A DNA stretch of 64,000 nt from Macrostomum lignano (Eukaryota): positions 52,992-116,991 of the forward strand of contig NIVC01003144.1 in assembly GCA_002269645.1 (NCBI GenBank), written 5' to 3'. The notes beneath the pieces are model-generated. The model did not search any database, had not been told where the DNA came from, and saw only the letters and a program-made list of their open reading frames with translations. The first letter of the stretch is position 1. Every line of letters begins with the position of its first letter. Shown one piece after another: positions 60,801 to 64,000 of this stretch. The position numbers and the translations under genes are program-made.

Positions 60801-62768
60801 TCAAGGCTACATGTAGGAGACGTGACAACCGCCACCCGCAGGCTACCTGCCCATGTTCGGGCCCTGCTTCGTCAATTTCTACGGATCTCCGCGCGAATTC
60901 TCCGAACTCGGCGACCAATACGAATCGTTGAACGAAGGCAAAGGCGAAGGCGTCGCCTATCGGGGCCGCGTGCTGCTCGAGCTGAAAACCGAGTTAGGTG
61001 AGACGCCCGAGCAGAGCAAAGAAGAGATCGGCGACGACCAGCTGCTGAAGGTGCAGAAGTTCCTTCGCCGCCGGAAGTACCGCCTGCACGCGGCCTTCTC
61101 CAGCGCCAGCATGATCTCCGAGGTGGACGCGCCAGTTGAATTCGAGATTAGCATCGGTAACTATGGCAACAAGCTGGACGAGTCGGTACCACCGACTGCG
61201 TCGACCACGCAGCCGACTAATGCTGTGTTCGACGGCGTGCACTATTACTTCCTGCCGTGGGGCAACACCAAGCCATGTACGGTGGTGGAGAGCCAGTGGA
61301 GGACATCGGATTCCGGCTGCACTCCATCAATTTTCTGCACAGAATCCTGGAGAAGCTGGTGATTGTCACTTCAGTTCTTTATAGTTTATACCGTTTATTT
61401 AGCAAGAACAGCTACACTAGATCGCGCCAATTAGTATTCAGAGCGCGACGATAGACTGCCGACAAGTTATATGCTATAGGGTTATAGGTTCAGGATAGCG
61501 TTAGGTTTGACAGTCAATGTGGCATAATGTGACCACAAAAGGTGGGGTCGAGCCAGACAGACCGAGACCGGTTTCCGGCTTTTTTGCCTTCTTCAGTCAG
61601 TCATAGCCACCCGCCGTCCTCACCCATCACTCTTAGTGTGCACAGACGTTTCTTTTATGCAACATTTTTCGGGCTATGTGAGATATTTTGCGACTCAAAT
61701 CTTTATTGGTCTACTTTTCTCAGTAGCCTAAATTGAATCTCTCACAGACAATTCGTAGCCATGGTAAAAAATGTGAAAGTATTCAGCCTTTGTAAAAGCT
61801 AAACTGGCAGCATCTTCTGGGCTATCGAGTAAAGTCTCGTATGACTCACAAACTTATCAAGCTGATGTTTCCAGAATGTTAAGACGCATTAAGAAGGCGC
61901 TGCTAAAGTTGGGCTTGGGCTAAAGGAAAACATTCTCTTCTTTGATTAGGAAACAGAATAGGGTGAGGGAAAGAGATGAGAGCGCGCCCACTCTTCACTT
62001 GAAAAAAAACGCGCTCCCACATCATCCTCCGAACGCGTCCAGGACGAGAACATCGAGAAGATCCACGTGGCGATAAAGGCAAATTGCCGGACGAAGAGCA
62101 AGCCCAGTTCACCATCGCTGCCATAGATGATCTCATTGTGATGTGCAAGTGAGTCCTCCCAATGTTTTAATGCAGCCAGCAACAAGTGCAAGAGCACATT
62201 GGGTAATCCTAAAAAAGATTAACGTACACTTCTAAGCTCAATAAGGGGCGGAGCGGCTCAGCGGTAAACACGACACCCAGTTTGATTCCGTTACGTCAAC
62301 AGTGTACATGCCTGACGATTAGAAAGTCAAAGTGCCACTGTACACCCTGTATGAGCGTGTGCATGAGTGCGTGCCTGCGTACAGTATTGACGCGCTTGCA
62401 TGTGGTCAGGAGTCAGCGGAATGGCCAGTGTTGCCGTCAGTGCTGGTTGTGTGACGATGTCGCCCGATGGCAATTTGGCCTTCCGAGACAAATATATAGT
62501 TCGATAAAACCGACCAGTGAATCTTGAATCTATCAGTTGGATACATGGATTATTCAAAACTCCCTCCTTCAGCAAAGACTTGCCCGAATGGGAGCCGGGC
62601 CAGAGTCCAGCCAACGAGCTCGACCTCAACCTGCAGTCGTTGCGCGAAAACGAATTAAAAAACATTCGTCGCGCGGCCAGCAAGCTGCGCGAAGAGTGCA
62701 CCTCGGTTGAGGAGGCCGTCAACGAGTTGGATTCGTTTAGAAATCAGATTCGAGCCATCGCAATCGAG
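51786..62768 (+). CDS. Ferlin, myoferlin/dysferlin-like (C2A, C2B, FerI, C2C, FerA); 5' part only, continues past the window; two 1-nt frameshifts
   Basis: join(51786..51888,52311..52455,52529..52634,52719..52764,53153..53364,56596..56790,56886..57083,57881..58010,58109..58322,58909..58985,60842..61358,62043..62148,62573..62768). Motifs [106 protein letters not shown] match remembered myoferlin/dysferlin sequence. Confidence 0.93.
52311..52455 (+). CDS. ferlin exon 2 (C2A)
   Basis: tttcag|GACTG ([14 protein letters not shown]...[10 protein letters not shown])|gtaagt. Confidence 0.9.
52529..52634 (+). CDS. ferlin exon 3 (C2A)
   Basis: tcacag|ACTG ([13 protein letters not shown]...)|gtgcgt. 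Confidence 0.88.
52719..52764 (+). CDS. ferlin exon 4
   Basis: tttcag|GCAACT ([15 protein letters not shown])G|gtagcg. Confidence 0.8.
53153..53364 (+). CDS. ferlin exon 5 (acidic/Gly/basic linker)
   Basis: aatgcag|ACACG ... [10 protein letters not shown]|gtgcgg. Confidence 0.85.
53520..54168. repeat. 30-bp minisatellite (GATAGAAACCAGGCAGAATGGAAGGGACCA) preceded by degenerate ~20-bp units, ferlin intron 5
   Basis: Read directly. Confidence 0.93.
56045..56553. repeat. 20/22-bp minisatellite (RTGGGTTGTTACGGGA core), ferlin intron 5
   Basis: 20-bp units on the left grade into 22-bp units on the right. Confidence 0.95.
56596..56790 (+). CDS. ferlin exon 6 (C2B)
   Basis: ctccag|ATCCGC ([13 protein letters not shown]...[11 protein letters not shown])|gtgagt. 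Confidence 0.92.
56886..57083 (+). CDS. ferlin exon 7 (C2B/FerI)
   Basis: gatcag|GTGTTC ([19 protein letters not shown]...[10 protein letters not shown]...GDEAP)|gtgagc. Confidence 0.93.
57090..57840. repeat. Degenerate TGTC/TGCC-rich simple repeat (~25-bp period) filling ferlin intron 7
   Basis: TGTGTCTTTGTGTCTGTCTGCTGCC-like units. Confidence 0.9.
57881..58010 (+). CDS. ferlin exon 8 (FerI/C2C)
   Basis: cccgcag|AGCTTC ([13 protein letters not shown]...YRAEDLPK)|gtgagt. Confidence 0.92.
58109..58322 (+). CDS. ferlin exon 9 (C2C)
   Basis: cttcag|TGGAC ([13 protein letters not shown]...PEWNEEL...FPSMCERIK)|gtaagt. Confidence 0.92.
58370..58770. repeat. Diverged ~60-bp tandem repeat (AATGTAC...AAATT.GCCTCCTTAAT..A.CAA.GAGATAAGG), ferlin intron 9
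   Basis: Three clear copies at ~58495-58690 plus more degenerate flanking units. Confidence 0.7.
58909..58985 (+). CDS. ferlin exon 10 (C2C)
   Basis: tttcag|GGACCGC ([16 protein letters not shown])|gtgaga. Confidence 0.9.
59467..60347. repeat. 32-bp minisatellite (TGAAGGATCAGAGAGTGGCTTTGGTGAGTCAC), ~27 copies, ferlin intron 10
   Basis: Read directly. Confidence 0.97.
60842..61358 (+). CDS. ferlin exon 11 (frameshift at ~61298)
   Basis: cccgcag|GCTAC ([18 protein letters not shown]...SQW / [20 protein letters not shown])|gtgatt; one G is missing at TGG-GAG. Confidence 0.9.
62043..62148 (+). CDS. ferlin exon 12 (FerA; frameshift at ~62083)
   Basis: gtccag|GACGAG ([13 protein letters not shown] / [21 protein letters not shown])|gtgagt; +1 nt is needed to give the phase 2 that exon 13 requires. 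Confidence 0.82.
62245..62387 (+). mobile_element. tRNA-derived SINE-like element, copy 2 (ferlin intron 12)
   Basis: Head GGGGCGGAGCGGCTCAGCGGTAAA...GTTTGATTCC; body closely similar to 13726-13807; middle segment missing relative to copy 1. Confidence 0.65.
62573..62768 (+). CDS. ferlin exon 13 (FerA)
   Basis: ccttcag|CAAAGAC (KDLPEW...[20 protein letters not shown]...IRAIAIE)|gtaagg. Confidence 0.9.
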
Positions 62769-62874
62769 GTAAGGTGTGGGGAACAGACTCGATTGTTGCT
62801 TGCTGACTCTTTACTACTTTCCTCTTAAAACGAGCATTGAGTCTGCATAGGTACAAAATCTGGTAAGACACATT

Positions 62875-64000
62875 AGCTACATATTCAGTCTCTGCCAGGC
62901 CAGTAAGACATCTATTCAGTCTGCTAGTTTGGCTAATAAGACACGATCTATTCAGTCTATGGCCAGTAAGACAATACATATTCAGTCTATGGCCAGTAAA
63001 ATACATATTCCGTCTATGACCAGTAAAACACAATACCTATTCAGTCTATGGCCACTAAGACACAATACATATTCAGTGAATGCCACTAAGACACAATACA
63101 TATTCAGTCTATGGCCAGTAGGACACAATACATATTCAGTCTATGGCCAGTAAGACACAATACATATTCAGTCAATGCCACAAGACACAATACATATTCA
63201 GTCTACGGCCACTAAGACACAATACATATTTCAGTCTATGGCCAGTAAGACACAATACATATTCAGTCTATGGCCAGTAGGACACATACATATTCAGTCT
63301 ATGGCCAGTAAGACACAATACATATTCAGTCAATGCCACAAAGACACAATACATATTCAGTCTACGGCCACTAAGACACAATACATATTTCAGTCTATGG
63401 CCAGTAAGACACAATACATATTCAGTCAATGCCACAAAGACACAATACATATTCAGCCTATGGCCACTAAGACACAATACATATTCAGTCTACGGCCACT
63501 AAGACACAATACATATTCAGTCTATGGCCAGTGGGACACAATACATATTCAGTCTATGGCCAGTGGGACACAATACATATTCAGTCTATGGCCACTAAGA
63601 CACAATACATATTCAGTATATGCCACTAAGACACAATACATATTCAGTCTATGGCCAGTAAGACAATACATATTCAGTCTATGGTCAGTAAAACACAATA
63701 CCTATTCAGTCTATGGCCACTAAGACACAATACATATTCAGTCTATGGCCAGTAAGACAATACATATTCAGTCTATGGCCAGTAAAACACAATACCTATT
63801 CAGTCTATGGCCACTAAGACACAATACATATTCAGTCTATGGCCAGTGGGACACAATACATATTCAGTCTATGGCCAGTGGGACACAATACATATTCAGT
63901 CTATGGCCAGTGGGACACAATACATATTCAGTCTATGGCCACTAAGACACAATACATATTCAGTATATGGCCACTAAGACACAATACATATTCAGTCTAT
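62875..64000. repeat. 32-bp minisatellite (ATTCAGTCTATGGCCAGTAAGACACAATACAT), ferlin intron 13, runs off the window
   Basis: Read directly. Confidence 0.96.

Overview
Eukaryotic, intron-rich metazoan genomic DNA. An invertebrate is likely; the minisatellite-stuffed introns and GC-rich exons with homopolymer amino-acid tracts recall Macrostomum flatworms, but that is inference only. Four spliced protein-coding genes were reconstructed by hand with GT-AG boundaries and consistent phases: cyclin C (minus, 2 coding exons, 280 aa); a divergent TTP/TIS11-type tandem CCCH zinc-finger gene (plus, 4 exons, 449 aa); a complete groucho/TLE corepressor (minus, 10 exons including a 14-nt microexon, 781 aa); and the 5' part of a myoferlin/dysferlin-like ferlin (plus, 13 exons, running off the window, with two 1-nt homopolymer frameshifts), head-to-head with groucho. 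About 26 kb (~40%) of the window is made of some 20 mostly unrelated tandem repeats, largely intronic, and these explain nearly all the long repetitive ORFs in the track. Also present: a decayed mariner transposon, a Mutator-like MITE with a 9-bp TSD, and two copies of a tRNA-type SINE. No CRISPR array, rRNA or intact tRNA was found. The best leads are the frame-switching groucho microexon (possible full-length versus AES-like switch), an intronic array of ~27 AP-1/5'-splice-site motifs in the ferlin, the atypical CCCH protein, and acceptor sites just upstream of all four start codons (possible trans-splicing).
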